A stretch of DNA of 64,000 bases from Selaginella moellendorffii. Its lineage: Eukaryota > Plantae > Lycopodiophyta. The stretch spans positions 1,223,014 through 1,287,013 of the forward strand of contig NW_003314300.1 of assembly GCF_000143415.4 (NCBI RefSeq), read 5' to 3'. The notes under the pieces are model-generated. The model ran no database searches and was not told the origin of the DNA. It worked only from the letters and a program-made list of their open reading frames with translations. Of the stretch, positions 13,553 to 25,962 are shown piece by piece. The position numbers were made by a program, and so were the translations under genes. How positions within the stretch are numbered: the stretch's first letter is position 1; every line of letters begins with the position of its first letter.

Positions 13553-13933
13553 ATGTCTCTCGCGAAGGTCACGCGTCTCCTCCTTCCCAGGTTCTCGGAT
13601 CCAGCGGCGACGGTGGCAGCAGCGGTAGCGTCCATCGATCGGCGGCATTCTCTGTTGGCATCGATCGTTTCGATTTCACGGATGCAGCAGGTACCGCCTC
13701 CAAATTTCGAGCAGCGGCTGCCAGGGGTAGTCCGCGATCTCGTTCCTCTCGACGAGGAGGGAGGAGGGATTCTCGAGTGTGGGCGCGGGGACAGGAGGAC
13801 CAAACGGGGCAAGATTTCCAGAGGATCGTTTGGGAAATGCCGGCGCAATACCAAGAACGCGCTGCGGCGGCTTAGAGAGAAATGGGAGCTTCCCAAAGGT
13901 GCTCCTCTCCCAGCCCCGCACGAAATAGCTTAG
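13553..13933 (+). CDS. Organellar 30S ribosomal protein S31/bTHX (PSRP4-like)
   Basis: CGRGDRRTKRGKISRGSFGK motif after a transit-peptide-like N-terminus; telo-box TAGGGTTT immediately upstream. Confidence 0.85.
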   Translation: MSLAKVTRLLLPRFSDPAATVAAAVASIDRRHSLLASIVSISRMQQVPPPNFEQRLPGVVRDLVPLDEEGGGILECGRGDRRTKRGKISRGSFGKCRRNTKNALRRLREKWELPKGAPLPAPHEIA

Positions 13934-14158
13934 CTTTCTAGTGGAAAGTTTCTCTGGTGGCTAAAATAAGAAGACCAAGGATTCCAACTTCCAAGTGTTC
14001 TATACTTCCAACAAGTGTCCTATACTCATTAAAACACACTACATGCTTTTCCGCAAATCGGCAACACCTCGATCATTGGAACAATTGCCCAGTTTGCATC
14101 TCTCACAATCTAGTTATTAATACTTGCGAAACTTAGCTTGGCTTGAAATGCACGACTC

Positions 14159-15148
14159 CTACGCGGTAGAGGCTGGAACATCGCAAAATCAAGGCACTCG
14201 AAAACCAAAAGAACACAAGAAACTTACCAGAAGTCTTTGGAGCATTGCACTTGAAGCACTCGGTACGACTGGCAAAGTTGTGCTCGCTGCAGCTACACAC
14301 AAAGAGAAGCATGACAAAGTAAGAACTTAGCTTGCAAGAAACTTAAGAGCACAAGAACGAAACCAAGAAGAGTAGAAAAGTTAGAGCTCGGGAACACTTC
14401 AATCAAAGCTTCTAACAAGTTAGAGCGGTGAGAACATTCAGCAAGAAGAGCAATACAACTAAGAACTTGAATCGAGTAGAATAACACAGAACAAACTAAG
14501 AACTTGCAAAGAAACTTAGGAGCGCAAGAACAAAACCAGGAAGAGTACCAGGAAGAACTTAAACCAAAGCTTCTCACAAGTTAGAACAGTGAGATCATTC
14601 AGAAGAACAAAACCAGGAAGAACTGCAAGAAGGGCAATAGAGAAGCTGGAACTAAGAACATAGAATCGAGTAGAACCAAACCTCTAGACAAGAACCAAGA
14701 AAATCTCAACTTACCCAGTGCAAGTCCAGTCACCCATCCTCCATCCGGGCCTCCCATCCATGGACGCATTGTTCTCCACTTTCTCATTGCCACACTTGAA
14801 GCAAGTGCCACGGCTAGCAAAGTTGTGGGTATTGCAGGACGGGCAAAACCAGTCGCCGGGCTTGACATCCGCGCCGCCCCAGCCCCGATCAGCGCCCATG
14901 CTCATCGATCCACCACCGCCGCCGCCGCCGCCGCCCACCGGGCGAGGGTTCCCACAGCGCTGGCACGAATCGCGCCTGCTGAAGTTGAGATGGAAGCACG
15001 TCGCGCAGTCCCAATCCCCGGGCTTCTTCCCCAAATCAAAATCGGAGGAGTACCATGCCTTGCCCCCACCTGTGAGCGCCGCGCGAAGGCGCGTGAAGAT
15101 CGTGCCCGCCGCCGGGGCAAGGAGACGATTCCTGGCAGCGCCCAGCAT
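14159..15148 (-). CDS. RanBP2-type zinc-finger protein (3 fingers); start codon uncertain
   Basis: KPGDWDCATCFHLNFSRRDSCQRC, KPGDWFCPSCNTHNFASRGTCFKC, GDWTCTG/CSEHNFASRTECFKC; 3' exons at ~14228-14292 and 14159-14172. Confidence 0.88.
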
Positions 15149-15282
15149 TTTCCTCTCTTCTCTCTCGAGCCCAAAAACCCTAGGGCCGCCGGTTTAGGGT
15201 GTAGGGTTTTGGGTTTAAGCTTTAACGGACTCCACAAGATGCTGCCACGTGGCAGAGAATTTAGGGTTCTTGTGCAACTTTA
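15149..15282. promoter_or_regulatory. Compact bidirectional promoter with telo-boxes and a G-box
   Basis: AAACCCTA at ~15175, TAGGGTTT at ~15202, GCCACGTGGC at 15244-15253 between divergent genes. Confidence 0.6.
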
Positions 15283-17145
15283 ATGACTTGGGATAGAACG
15301 CAATGCATCGATCTCATCAAGTCTTGTAACTCGCTCTCTAGCGCCAAATCTCTCCACTCGCGCCTCCAGCTCTCGTTCGAATCGGATGTCTACGTGCTCA
15401 ACCGGGTCGTGCAGATGTATGGGAAATGCGGGGGCGTGGAGCAAGCCTGGATTGTGTTTGATGGCATCCAGAACAAGAACGATTTCTCGTGGTTTGCGAT
15501 GCTAGGCGTTTACATCCAAAATGGGAGAATTGCGCAGGCCGAGTCGTTCTTCGATTCGATGCCGCGGTGGGATCTGTTTGTGTTGACGTCGCTTCTTGTT
15601 GCAATTGCCCGATCTGGGAATTTGCCAAAAGCCAAAGCCTTGTTTTACCGGATGCCTGAATGGGATGTTCTCTCCTGGAACTCACTTCTTTCCATGTATG
15701 CGAAAAATGGAAACCTTGTTAAGGCAAAGGATGTCTTTGATAACATGGAAGAAAGAAATCTCTCCTCTTGGAACTCGCTACTCTCTGCTTATGACCAAAA
15801 CGGGCATCTTGAAGAAGCTAGATCAGTCTTTAACACCATACCTGAGCGAAGCATGGTATCTTTCTCTGCCATGCTAGCGGCATATTCCAGCCAAGGACAC
15901 ATTGAAGAGGCGAGAGCGCTGTTTGATTCTCTCCCGGAGAGGGATATGGTGACGTGTACAACGATGCTTTCGGCATATACGCATCACGGGCATCTTCACG
16001 AGGCAGCATCTCTCTTTGGCAGAATGGACGTCCACGATCTCGTGTCATCCACGGTCATGCTGGGAGCGTTTGCTCAAAGAGGAAATGTTACAGCCGCCAG
16101 GAGAATATTCGACACAATGGAGCAACGGGACTTGGGATCCTTCAATGCAATGATCTCTGCTTACGTACAAAATGGGCATCTCTACAATGCAAGGTATTTG
16201 TTCGACCGTATGGAAGTGTGGAATATGGTGACGTGCTGTACCATGACAACGGCATATGCCCAAACCGGGCATCTTGAAGAAGCAAAACACGTATTTGAGA
16301 ATATGCCCGACCAGAATGTAGTGACGTGTAATGCCATGCTGTCAGCTTATGCCGCAAACGGCCACGTGGAGGAAGCTAAGCAGGTGTTTGATTCGATGCC
16401 TGAGACTGACGTGATATCATACACTGCCATGCTTTCGGCATATTCCCAGAACGGGCATCTCGATGAGGCGAGGAGATTCTTTGACCGGATGGGAGAACGC
16501 AATGTGGTGTCCTGGAATGCAATGGTATCGGCGTATTCGCAAGCTAGGAATCTAGAGAAAGCCAGGGAAGTCTTTGATAGGATGGACGCGAGAGACTCGG
16601 TGACGTGGACTGCTATGCTGGCAGCATATTCCCAGAGAGGTCAAATGCACCATGCCCAGAAGCTCTTTGACCAGATGCCTGAAAGATCAATGGAGGCGTG
16701 GACGTGTCTCATCGGTGGGTATGCACAGAATGGGCATCCCAACGATGCTTTGGAATTATTCCCAGAGATGAATGCACTTAACACCACACCCGATGAGATC
16801 TCTTTCATTTGTGTGCTTCTCGCCTGTAGCCATGCTGGAAAAGTATACAATGGTCGAAGCTGGTTCTTGTCAATCACATTGGATTTCCAAAGAAGTCCTG
16901 GGAAGCTGCATTATAGTTGCATGGTCGATCTACTCGGCCGTGCTGGATATCTGGATCATGCAAGAGATTTGATCAAGGGCATGCCTTTTGCTCCGGATGC
17001 GTTGGATTGGATATGCTTGCTTGGGTCTTGTAGAGCTCACAAAAACGCCCAAATTGGATCCCATGCCATGGAGGAGGTGATTGCACTGAATCCAAAGAAT
17101 GCAGCGGCATATACCTTACTTGCCAACACAAATTTTGATTCCTAA
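15283..17145 (+). CDS. PLS-class pentatricopeptide repeat protein with E domain, no DYW (organellar RNA-editing factor type)
   Basis: 620-aa intronless ORF with many 31-aa repeats (VVSWNAMVSAYSQ.G.L..AR..FDRM); ends HYSCMVDLLGRAG...MPFAPD..W..LLGSCRAH. Confidence 0.95.
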   Translation: MTWDRTQCIDLIKSCNSLSSAKSLHSRLQLSFESDVYVLNRVVQMYGKCGGVEQAWIVFDGIQNKNDFSWFAMLGVYIQNGRIAQAESFFDSMPRWDLFVLTSLLVAIARSGNLPKAKALFYRMPEWDVLSWNSLLSMYAKNGNLVKAKDVFDNMEERNLSSWNSLLSAYDQNGHLEEARSVFNTIPERSMVSFSAMLAAYSSQGHIEEARALFDSLPERDMVTCTTMLSAYTHHGHLHEAASLFGRMDVHDLVSSTVMLGAFAQRGNVTAARRIFDTMEQRDLGSFNAMISAYVQNGHLYNARYLFDRMEVWNMVTCCTMTTAYAQTGHLEEAKHVFENMPDQNVVTCNAMLSAYAANGHVEEAKQVFDSMPETDVISYTAMLSAYSQNGHLDEARRFFDRMGERNVVSWNAMVSAYSQARNLEKAREVFDRMDARDSVTWTAMLAAYSQRGQMHHAQKLFDQMPERSMEAWTCLIGGYAQNGHPNDALELFPEMNALNTTPDEISFICVLLACSHAGKVYNGRSWFLSITLDFQRSPGKLHYSCMVDLLGRAGYLDHARDLIKGMPFAPDALDWICLLGSCRAHKNAQIGSHAMEEVIALNPKNAAAYTLLANTNFDS

Positions 17146-18156
17146 AACTAAATTCTATGGTTACCCAAGGCACACAGCACTGGATAACCGCCAGCCCGCG
17201 ATCGCCCCAATGGCCATGGCGGCCGCGTGCTGCTAGCCAGCCTTTGAAAATCCTCAAGTGATGCCGCGGCCAAAGCTGTGTAAGCTCAAAGGGAACAGCG
17301 CCGGAGCTGGAGGACGAGGAGGAACAGCAAGAGGTATGGATGAGGATCGAGCAGCGGTGATCTGGGCTCAGCTCTGCGGTGGACGATCCCAGCTCCCTGA
17401 TCTAGGAGTTCTTCCAAGAAGCAAGCGTGGGGGAGCCAGCAATCCAGATCGCACTCACAGCAGCAAGTAGGAGCCGCATCTCGGCCTCGCGACCTCGAGA
17501 ACCGAGCATTGCGCTGGCTCGCCATAAACAAATGAGTGAACGTATAGGGTTCAATTCCTGCTCAGTCCATGATCCTTTACAATTCAAAAACTCTAAAAAG
17601 TTTAATTATTATCTAAAATATATAGCTTTTAATATAAAAATTTATCTAAGATATAAAATATATTAAGGTTGTATATCAAACTATATTTATAAACTATGCT
17701 AAATTTACTATTAGTAATATATTTATCTATATTTGTAAACTATATATTTTATAGAATAGCATAATTTCACTTCATAATTCGTTTCTTGTGTACCAAAATT
17801 TTATATATAAGTATAGATAGGCAATTCAAAAGGGAAATGAATCTATGTTATACTATTATCTTTTATCTCATCTGCAACACTTTGTTCCAACAAAACTTCA
17901 TCTACCTTTGGTAAAACATAACTTTGTATTCACATTATTTTGGACTTGGATAAAATGCTTTCTTGAAATTATTGCTTCTTGGCTTCACTGGGTTGGGTTT
18001 AGAGCTAATATTATCTGAATATGTGAATGTTAGTTTTAATGACATGGGCTAAAGGTTTATGAAGGTGTTATTATAATTTAATTGTTTAATTATTTTTCAA
18101 GCTTGATAATTATATAAATTCAAAGCAAACTAAGCATGCTAAACACAACAAACTAT

Positions 18157-21100
18157 TGTGAGTGCATAGAATATGGAAGTGGAATACAAAAATGTGAATA
18201 TCAATTAACCTAAAAACCCAAGCTTATATACAAGAGCGAGTGGTCTGGATTGAGATCAATTTGATCATTTTTAAAATCATATTAGTATATAACATCATAA
18301 CTGTACACTTAAATTTCATATCATCCCCTCATCTCGGAAGGATGGAAAGTAATAAAAGTTATTTGGTTGATAGGTTAAGATCTGAAGAAATATTAGGAGG
18401 AGGCAATAGTGGATTTGTAGGTGTTATTAGTTATTCTTGATTCCTTTGTATGAAGTATTTTAACCATTGTACATACATAATTTTTGAAGGATTGGATTAT
18501 TGAATGTCATGCTAAACCTTATAAACTTGCAATTTAATTTGCCACAACACCCAATACAGTCCTTTCCATTAAGAAAGGAGCTCCTTAAACAAACTACATA
18601 TCGTAAGATTGAGAAAATGGACTAACATCAAGTCATTCACTTTGTACTCTGCTAGTGGATGATGATGGAAGTTATAATGCCATTGTTATCCCACTTGTAC
18701 ATAGCCCAAGTGTTCAGCAAACTCCATTTAGACAAGTGAAAAAATGCTCGTCAAATACTAATCCCAAGACCTAGAATTTACAACTCATGGCAATCACGAA
18801 GGTAAACTCAATTCCATTGGTAGTATCAGATTATGACTATATAAGAGTTTATATAGTGAAGCATGTGCCCACATAGAATAAGAGAATTATGGTAAACATA
18901 GAGAAAGCATAGAATAAAGATCGAATGCATCACCAACCATAAATGATCATCAAGATTCATTCCTATAAAATAAAGAAAGTCATCCTTAAAGTGACATTGA
19001 AAATGTAAATGCCAAAATGGAAAGTCATTAGCGAATGATACAAGATTTTCAAATTTATCATAAAGCCTTCGGATTCACAGCTTAACCTTTTGAGCCTCAC
19101 GAACCTCATCAAGAGAAGGTAAATCTTGCTCTACATCTTGTGGACATTGAACACCAATTGTCAATGGTACGAAATCTTTGTTCATAAAATTCATAGATGC
19201 TAGAATAATAAACTCGTTAAAAATAGAAAGAGCCTTAACATCAGTTATAGAACTCCCCAAGTAATGAACAACCTTGAAATTATATATCTGAAACTTCAGA
19301 GCCTACTGAGTAATACGACTATTAACCAAGTTCTTTTACTTCAATAACGAAATAACTATAGCATGATCACCTTTCAATAACACCTAAAAACCATATAAAT
19401 ATGTATAAAGCTTTTCAAAACTTTAAATTGCTACTAAATACTCCTTCTCTAACATGGAGTAGTTCATCTTCATTGGTTATAATGTATGGCTGATATATGC
19501 AATGGGATGATGATAACTAAACACACTTGTGCTCTCTTGCATCAAAACACCTCTAATATTAGAAGTATCCACACACAAAATGAAAAGTCAAGTATAATCA
19601 TGGAAGAGTTATCAATAGCTCTTTAAGATTAAAAAAGGCCTATTTGCAATTATTAGACCAAATGAAAGATGATGTTAATGGCTTCAGCAATGCTCACAAT
19701 GGTGTAATACAATCAGAAAAATGATCAACAAAACAATCGAAATATTGCACATTGCTCAGGAAGTACTACACATCATTCACACACTTCAGAGTAAGGAACT
19801 TTAGAATAATAACAAATTTGTCAAGATCAATTTGCAACCTTGATAAATATGGTATCCAAAGTAAGTTGTGTGTTTATATCCAAATATGCACTTTGATTGT
19901 TTAATTTTTAAACTAACTTCCTGTAGTAGATCCAACACCTTACGAACATCACAAATGTGCTTCTCCCATATCCCCTCAAAGTGGATTAAAACATCATTAA
20001 TAAAGTTAGTAGTCACCTCCAGCATATCACAAAGAACCGCATCCATCACTTGTTGAAAAGTCATTAGAGCATTATTTAAATCGAATGGTATTACAAAACT
20101 TTATACAAACCAAATGGTGTACAAAACATTATCTTGGGATCATCTTTCTTGGCCATCTCCACTTATTAGTACCTAGAAGCAAGATCTAACTTGGTGAACT
20201 AACAATTTCTATCCAGACAATCCAGAAAATCAGCATTATGAGGAATATAGTACACATTTGAGATACTCATTTTGTTTAATAAACAATAGTCAATATGGAA
20301 GAAAACACTCTCATCAGGCTTCATCACAAGAAGATTCATATGCTTAAGAACTTTAAGGTTTTTATATAACACCCTTCTCTAATATTTACTTAACATTTGC
20401 ATATAAAATCTTGATCTCCTTTGGTGACTGATGCCAAATAGAAATCTTGATTGAACAAGCATCCTCAATTAAAATAGGATGACATGTTGCAATTTTGGCC
20501 ACAGATAATAAGTCAAAGTGGAAGTGATTAACATACTCCTTCTTAAGTTAGTCAATTGTTACAACACAAAGACTGTCAAAAGGATTTAGAGGGGGAATAG
20601 AGCAGCAAAATGGAAACACAATCAAAAGTAATAAGGAGACAAAAGTGATGGAAGCAGAGGTAAAAGTAAAGGGACAAAGGGGAATAAAAATAAAAGGAAT
20701 AAAATAAATATAAAAAGTATGAAATAAAGAGGAGAAGCCTCAAACACTTGGCATGATTGAACTATAATCAATTTATACCAAGGATGAGGTTAAAATTTTA
20801 AATTAGCACCATTAATAATGATTAAAGTTCAAGCTCAAGATCACCCACATGCACAACTAAGTTTGTCTCATCTTGCCTACACATATGTGTATAACTATTG
20901 CTATAAAGAATGAAGACTAGCTCTATCGCATGACATAACTATAAATATCAATGTGTGATAATACGCCGAGCAATAGAAAATAAAAGCCTATATCAACTAA
21001 CACAAAGAAAATAATAGAAGACCTCTTAGTATAAAAATGATTTTAAAAAATAAACACTAGAGCCCTTGATGATACTCCCAAAATAAGGATGGAGGAATCA

Positions 21101-22708
21101 CTAACTTATTCCCTCCACTACTCACACGACTCTTCATCTTTATATCAAAACTTTCCACTGCAATAGCACCAATAAAACATTGTTGATGCCAAGGCCTTCA
21201 CTTAAGAAATGGAGGATGCCAATCTAAAAAATGCCAACAACACCAATATATGTGATCAACTTCATCACACACCCAACATCAGACATTACAACCATGACCA
21301 CATCCTCACCCTTATCCTTGAATACGAACAACAATAACATCAACCTCCATTGAAATAAGATCATCTCCTAAGAGTTGAAGGACGTGTAGTGAGAAGTGGA
21401 AAAGGTAATATTTTATAATGTTATGCCAGTCAAAGAGCATCGTCAAGGGTGGCTGAAGTAAGTGCATGCATAAGTTCTACAAGATTTTAATAAAGTGCTA
21501 GTTATAACATTCCCAACTTGATCTGCTTTAACATATTTAACTCTGCACGAAGCACAATGCTCCAACACTAAATGCTAAATTGCATCACTAATTCAAATGG
21601 TCCTTAACAAAGATGATGCAATTATTAAAAAGCTTTGTCACAATCGTCAATATATCCAAATGCACATTTGAAGATGTTTAGAAGAATGCTCTAATCCGTA
21701 CAAGTGGCTACACTTAAACCGTTGTACTATTACAATGCTGTCCCTTAAAGACACGTGGGAAACTCATGCAAGCACTGACCATCATCCCAAAAATGATAAG
21801 TGGCAATCACCGTATAGTGATCAAACCAATCGTACACACCATCCCTAAGATTTCCACGAAAGAACTCCAGCTAGACACAAAGACTGGCAGTAAAAGTGGG
21901 GTTCCATGCATCTGCCACCTAGAAATTTCTCCACTCTAGAAAAAAGATTTCCCCCATCTAAACTTTTAAGGTTACATATAACTCTCCTTAAAAATGCCAT
22001 GTTATTAATATACAGCTAAATTTATTTTGTAATTTATAAGTAATGATTGCCATTTTTTCATTTTGTTAGTTTGTTCTACTAGGTTTTAGGCACTAGGAAA
22101 AAGTTTTGGGGGGGGGACATTGGATTCCCCTCCTTCCCCCCAATTTCAATGCCATGTCACTAGAGGGGTGCATGAAATAAGGTGTTAAAAGTTTTCCTCC
22201 CTGAAAAACTTCCCCTGAGGGGATGTATGGAACCCTGCCCTAAGAGCAAAAGGAATTGTACCACGCATCATGAATAGTGCCAACAACTAAGTTTGATTGT
22301 TCCACTACACCCATATAACATTGATCAACTACATTAATTATTGCTCCAGAGTCAAAGGAGGAGGAGGTTGTTGCTCTACTATGAAAACAAATGAGAAAAG
22401 AAAAAAAAAAGAGAAGAAATTAAAAAAGCTATAAAGAAAATGAGATCTAGATAATATAAAAGGTATATCTAAACCAAAACACAAATTTAAGCATTCCTTA
22501 AGAACAATAAAAATTGCCTCTTATTTCCACTAATATGAGTGTATAGAATTTGGAAATGGAATATAGAAATGTATATATCAATTAACCCAAAAACCATAGC
22601 TTATATATAGGAGTAAGCGGTCTGAATTTGAACTAATCCAATAGTTATCAAAATCCCACTATGCTAATATTAGTATATAGTATTGTAATTGTACATTTAG
22701 ACCTCACA
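18157..22708 (-). mobile_element. Decayed Ty3/gypsy LTR retrotransposon with ~170-bp LTRs and 4-bp TSD
   Basis: LTRs at ~18157-18320 and ~22536-22708; CTAT flanks both sides; RT remnant TFQQVMDAVL...FINDVL (19801-20064); gag, RNase H and the 3' end of integrase are homologous to 53302-59105. Confidence 0.85.
21897..22237. mobile_element. hAT-type MITE nested in the 5' UTR of the gypsy element
   Basis: Inverted termini ggggttccatgcatc / gatgtatggaaccctg; segment absent from the sister element near 53800. Confidence 0.55.
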
Positions 22709-23107
22709 CTATTATAAATATAAGGTGAAGAATATAATATCTAAGTAATAAAAATATTTCTAAATTGTTAAATTTAGGAATAGATTCTCAAATATACATA
22801 CAAAAGCATCTATTTTATACCCCTTTATCTTGTAAGTGTAAGTTCTCATTCATTAGATTTTTCTAAACTTAGTATATAAGGGTCTTATCTAGGGGTCCAC
22901 TTATTATAAATAATTAAAATCATAAGAATCTTTTTCCATTAGGAGACTAAAGAATCTTAGCTTAAGAACAGTAATATCATATTTTAAAAATCTCTTAAAT
23001 AACAATAATTTTAAAATAAAATTTGAAAAAAACTATGAATTATTTTAACCTTAGAGTCCTTTTATTATCTTCTTTACTATTTTATATTTTTCAAATTGAA
23101 AATACAG

Positions 23108-23922
23108 GTAATGACCATGCATATAGACCAAAAATTTGAAGAATTGGTGTTTTAAATTTAAATGATATTAATAAGATTATAATAGCTGTGTATGAATTAT
23201 TATACAAAATTGACCGTGATGATCTTTATCCCCGAAGTTATGGAGATGAAGTTGAAATAACTACTTCAAAAGAAAGAGTTGATCTATTAATCAAATGCAA
23301 ACATAACTGCATAATTGAAGATTCAACTTTAGATCTTAAAGGTGAGAATATTATCAATGGATTTAAAGATCTTATAGGTAAAAGCATGCAAAATCTGAAT
23401 GAATTTTGTTCAGATTTCTTTGAACAAGAAGGATATAAGTATTTATTAAGGTATGAGTTAATAGCTAAATCTGAAACTTCTGAAAACTTTTATGAAATTT
23501 CTTATAAATCATACAAGCCAATAGTTTGCTTTGTTGGAATGAGTATATTATATCGTGGCTCAGTTCTTTATACTGGAGAATTTCTTTTATCTCCTAATGG
23601 TAGAAATATATTACTTTTAACATCAAGCTGTAGTTTAGTATTGTTTTCAAGAAACATGAAAGTATTAGAAATATATAAATCTAATAACAATTATCATAAA
23701 TGTTATTTATTATTAAGAAATGATGGTAATTTAGCTTTATATCATAGTAAAGAAGTTATATTATGGACAACACAAAATTTTTGTAAACATAAACCTTTTT
23801 GTACTACATCAAGCATTTTCACAATTCAAAATGATTGTAATCTAGTTATTTATACCACAAAGTTTCCTAATACAGCTTTATGGGAATCATATACTACAAA
23901 CAATTATTTATGTTATATCTAA
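23108..23922 (+). CDS. AT-rich exon/ORF encoding an unknown N-terminal region + GNA/bulb-type mannose-binding lectin domain; possibly a recent pseudogene
   Basis: IQNDCNLVIY (intact QxDxNxVxY), LRNDGNLALY and ALWES; 244 stop-free codons from 23188; AG acceptor ending at 23107, in-frame TGA at 23137. Confidence 0.65.
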
Positions 23923-25373
23923 AAATTTTGAAATTAAATTTACAACTATATTAATGTATATATATCTATAAAATATTTGCATGTGTTTATATTAAGTGTT
24001 CAGAAACATTCCTTAGGATTCAGTTTTTATTAAATGAAATCTTTCAAAAATAAAATATTATCTCTATAAATGTACAATTGCTTAAATTAGATTTATGAGA
24101 GTGAATAATAAATATTAAAGATTATTTCATAAAATTATTTTAAAATTTAATTTAATACTTATATAAATATTTTTTATAAATTTTATTTTAAATTTTTTCT
24201 TAGTTTGTTTTTTAAAATTTATGTGTAACTTACAAGAGCCACATAAGCCCATCAGAGGCTTTTGGGGAGCCATAGCTACCACTTTTGGGTGACATATTAA
24301 CTACTAGAATGAGGCTAAGGCTAGCTAAATACAACAACATATTTGCATCATGGACACTATCATATTTGTAGCCTATGTACTTCAAAATAATATTGGTTAC
24401 GGAGCTTACTATTTTATCAAACCAGCCTATTCATTTCTAAAATTAATCCAACCAATTGACTAAATTTTGATTTGTCTAGGTAAACATCTTCATATGTAAT
24501 AGCAAATTTTGCAAGTAACAAGTTAAATCTTAGGATGCCAAAGCTTTGTCCAAAACCATAGGAGGTAAGGGATTGCATTGCCAGTTACTCACTAAAGCTA
24601 AAGCAAAAAATTTATAATCGATATGAAATGAACAATCCTTGAAGATGAATATGATCCCTAAAATTTCAATCCTCTTTGAACTTTGCTCCATGCCAAAAGT
24701 ATTTGATATTTGTAGGTATTGCTACTCTAATCCACTCCTCTTTACTCCTCCATAATTCCCTATGCTTGTCATGAGCAACTTGACTTTATCTCCAAAAGGA
24801 AGATAGTGGAAGACAACATCACTAAAGCTTCTACATCATGAACAATTTCCTTTAAAAAACTCAAATATTTATGAAAAGAGTTTTACTATGGAGACGTTGT
24901 AGAACTTTTGAAGTATCTCATTTTGAGCTACTAAAGAGGGGTGGTCCCCAATCGATTTGATGTTCTATCTGATTGAGCATTTAATCAGTTGATGTGGCAC
25001 TAATTAGTTTTACTAATCATATTTACCTATTCTTATAATTCTAGAGCCTAGATCTCTTCAAACCTTAGTTCAATAAGCTGGAAATTTTTAAATATTTCTT
25101 GTTATACTCAACAAAACTTATAAAGATTTATATCCAACTACACAAGAAACAAAGATTGACTAAAACTACACTAAAAAAAATCCCTATTTTACACTTGATT
25201 AACTCACATTTTAATAATGCTTTGATCAAGTTGTTATACTATTGGAGTATAGTGATGATTCCTTGGTTGATTTTAATGATTTGAGCTATGAGAGTGGAGA
25301 TGAATCCTTTAAATCAATAGTTTACATACTTGAATCTCCTTTTGATATATAAGTTCCTCACTATGTTTTCAGG

Positions 25374-25962
25374 TGTAAGCAATCAAAAGGAACGACTTGA
25401 AAGATGATCCATAATAGTTCAAATATAGAGGGAAAGGGCCCATAAATAAGAGTGCACCCCCTTTTCCAATCGGTTAAGGGTCTTGGGATATTTAAGCGTC
25501 CTTGGGTTTAAATAGTACTGGGTTGAGTGACCTCCCGAGAAGTCCAAACTCATGAGTTTACATTTGGTATTAGAGCGGTCTCAGGTCCAACTCTGTTGGT
25601 TGGCTAAGGGAATCACACCATATGTTAATTGACATTTGGTTGGTTCAGTTTACTCCTGCTGGGCTCGACCCGAGGGGTAAGGTGTCAAGAGAGTGCAGCT
25701 CTCGAGAGAGCTATGACTCTCAGCTTCCATTCATGAGGGTGTGAACTTGCAAGGAAGCATGGTAGATTGTAAGCAACCAAAGGGAACAACTCGAGAGATG
25801 ATCCATAGAGGTTCAAATATAGAAAGAAAGGGCCCATGAATAAAAGTGCACCCCCTTTTCCAATCAGTTAAAGGTCTTGGGATATTTGAGGTTAAATGTC
25901 CTTGGGTTTGAATAATACTGGGCTGGGTGACATTCTGGGAAGTCCAAACTCAGAAGCTTACA
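25374..25962 (+). mobile_element. Complete TRIM (589 bp) with a 5S rRNA-derived segment in both LTRs (Cassandra-like)
   Basis: LTRs 25374-25562 and 25768-25962 (TGTAAG..TTACA); PBS TGGTATTAGAGC (tRNA-iMet type); TSD TCAGG on both sides; ttaagcgtccttggg...tagtactggg..gtgacctcccgagaagtcc matches 5S A-box to C-box. Confidence 0.9.

Noticed and set aside
25490-25545. 5S rRNA gene
   Set aside because: Only the ~55-nt internal promoter segment is present, inside LTRs; no 5' half or terminator.
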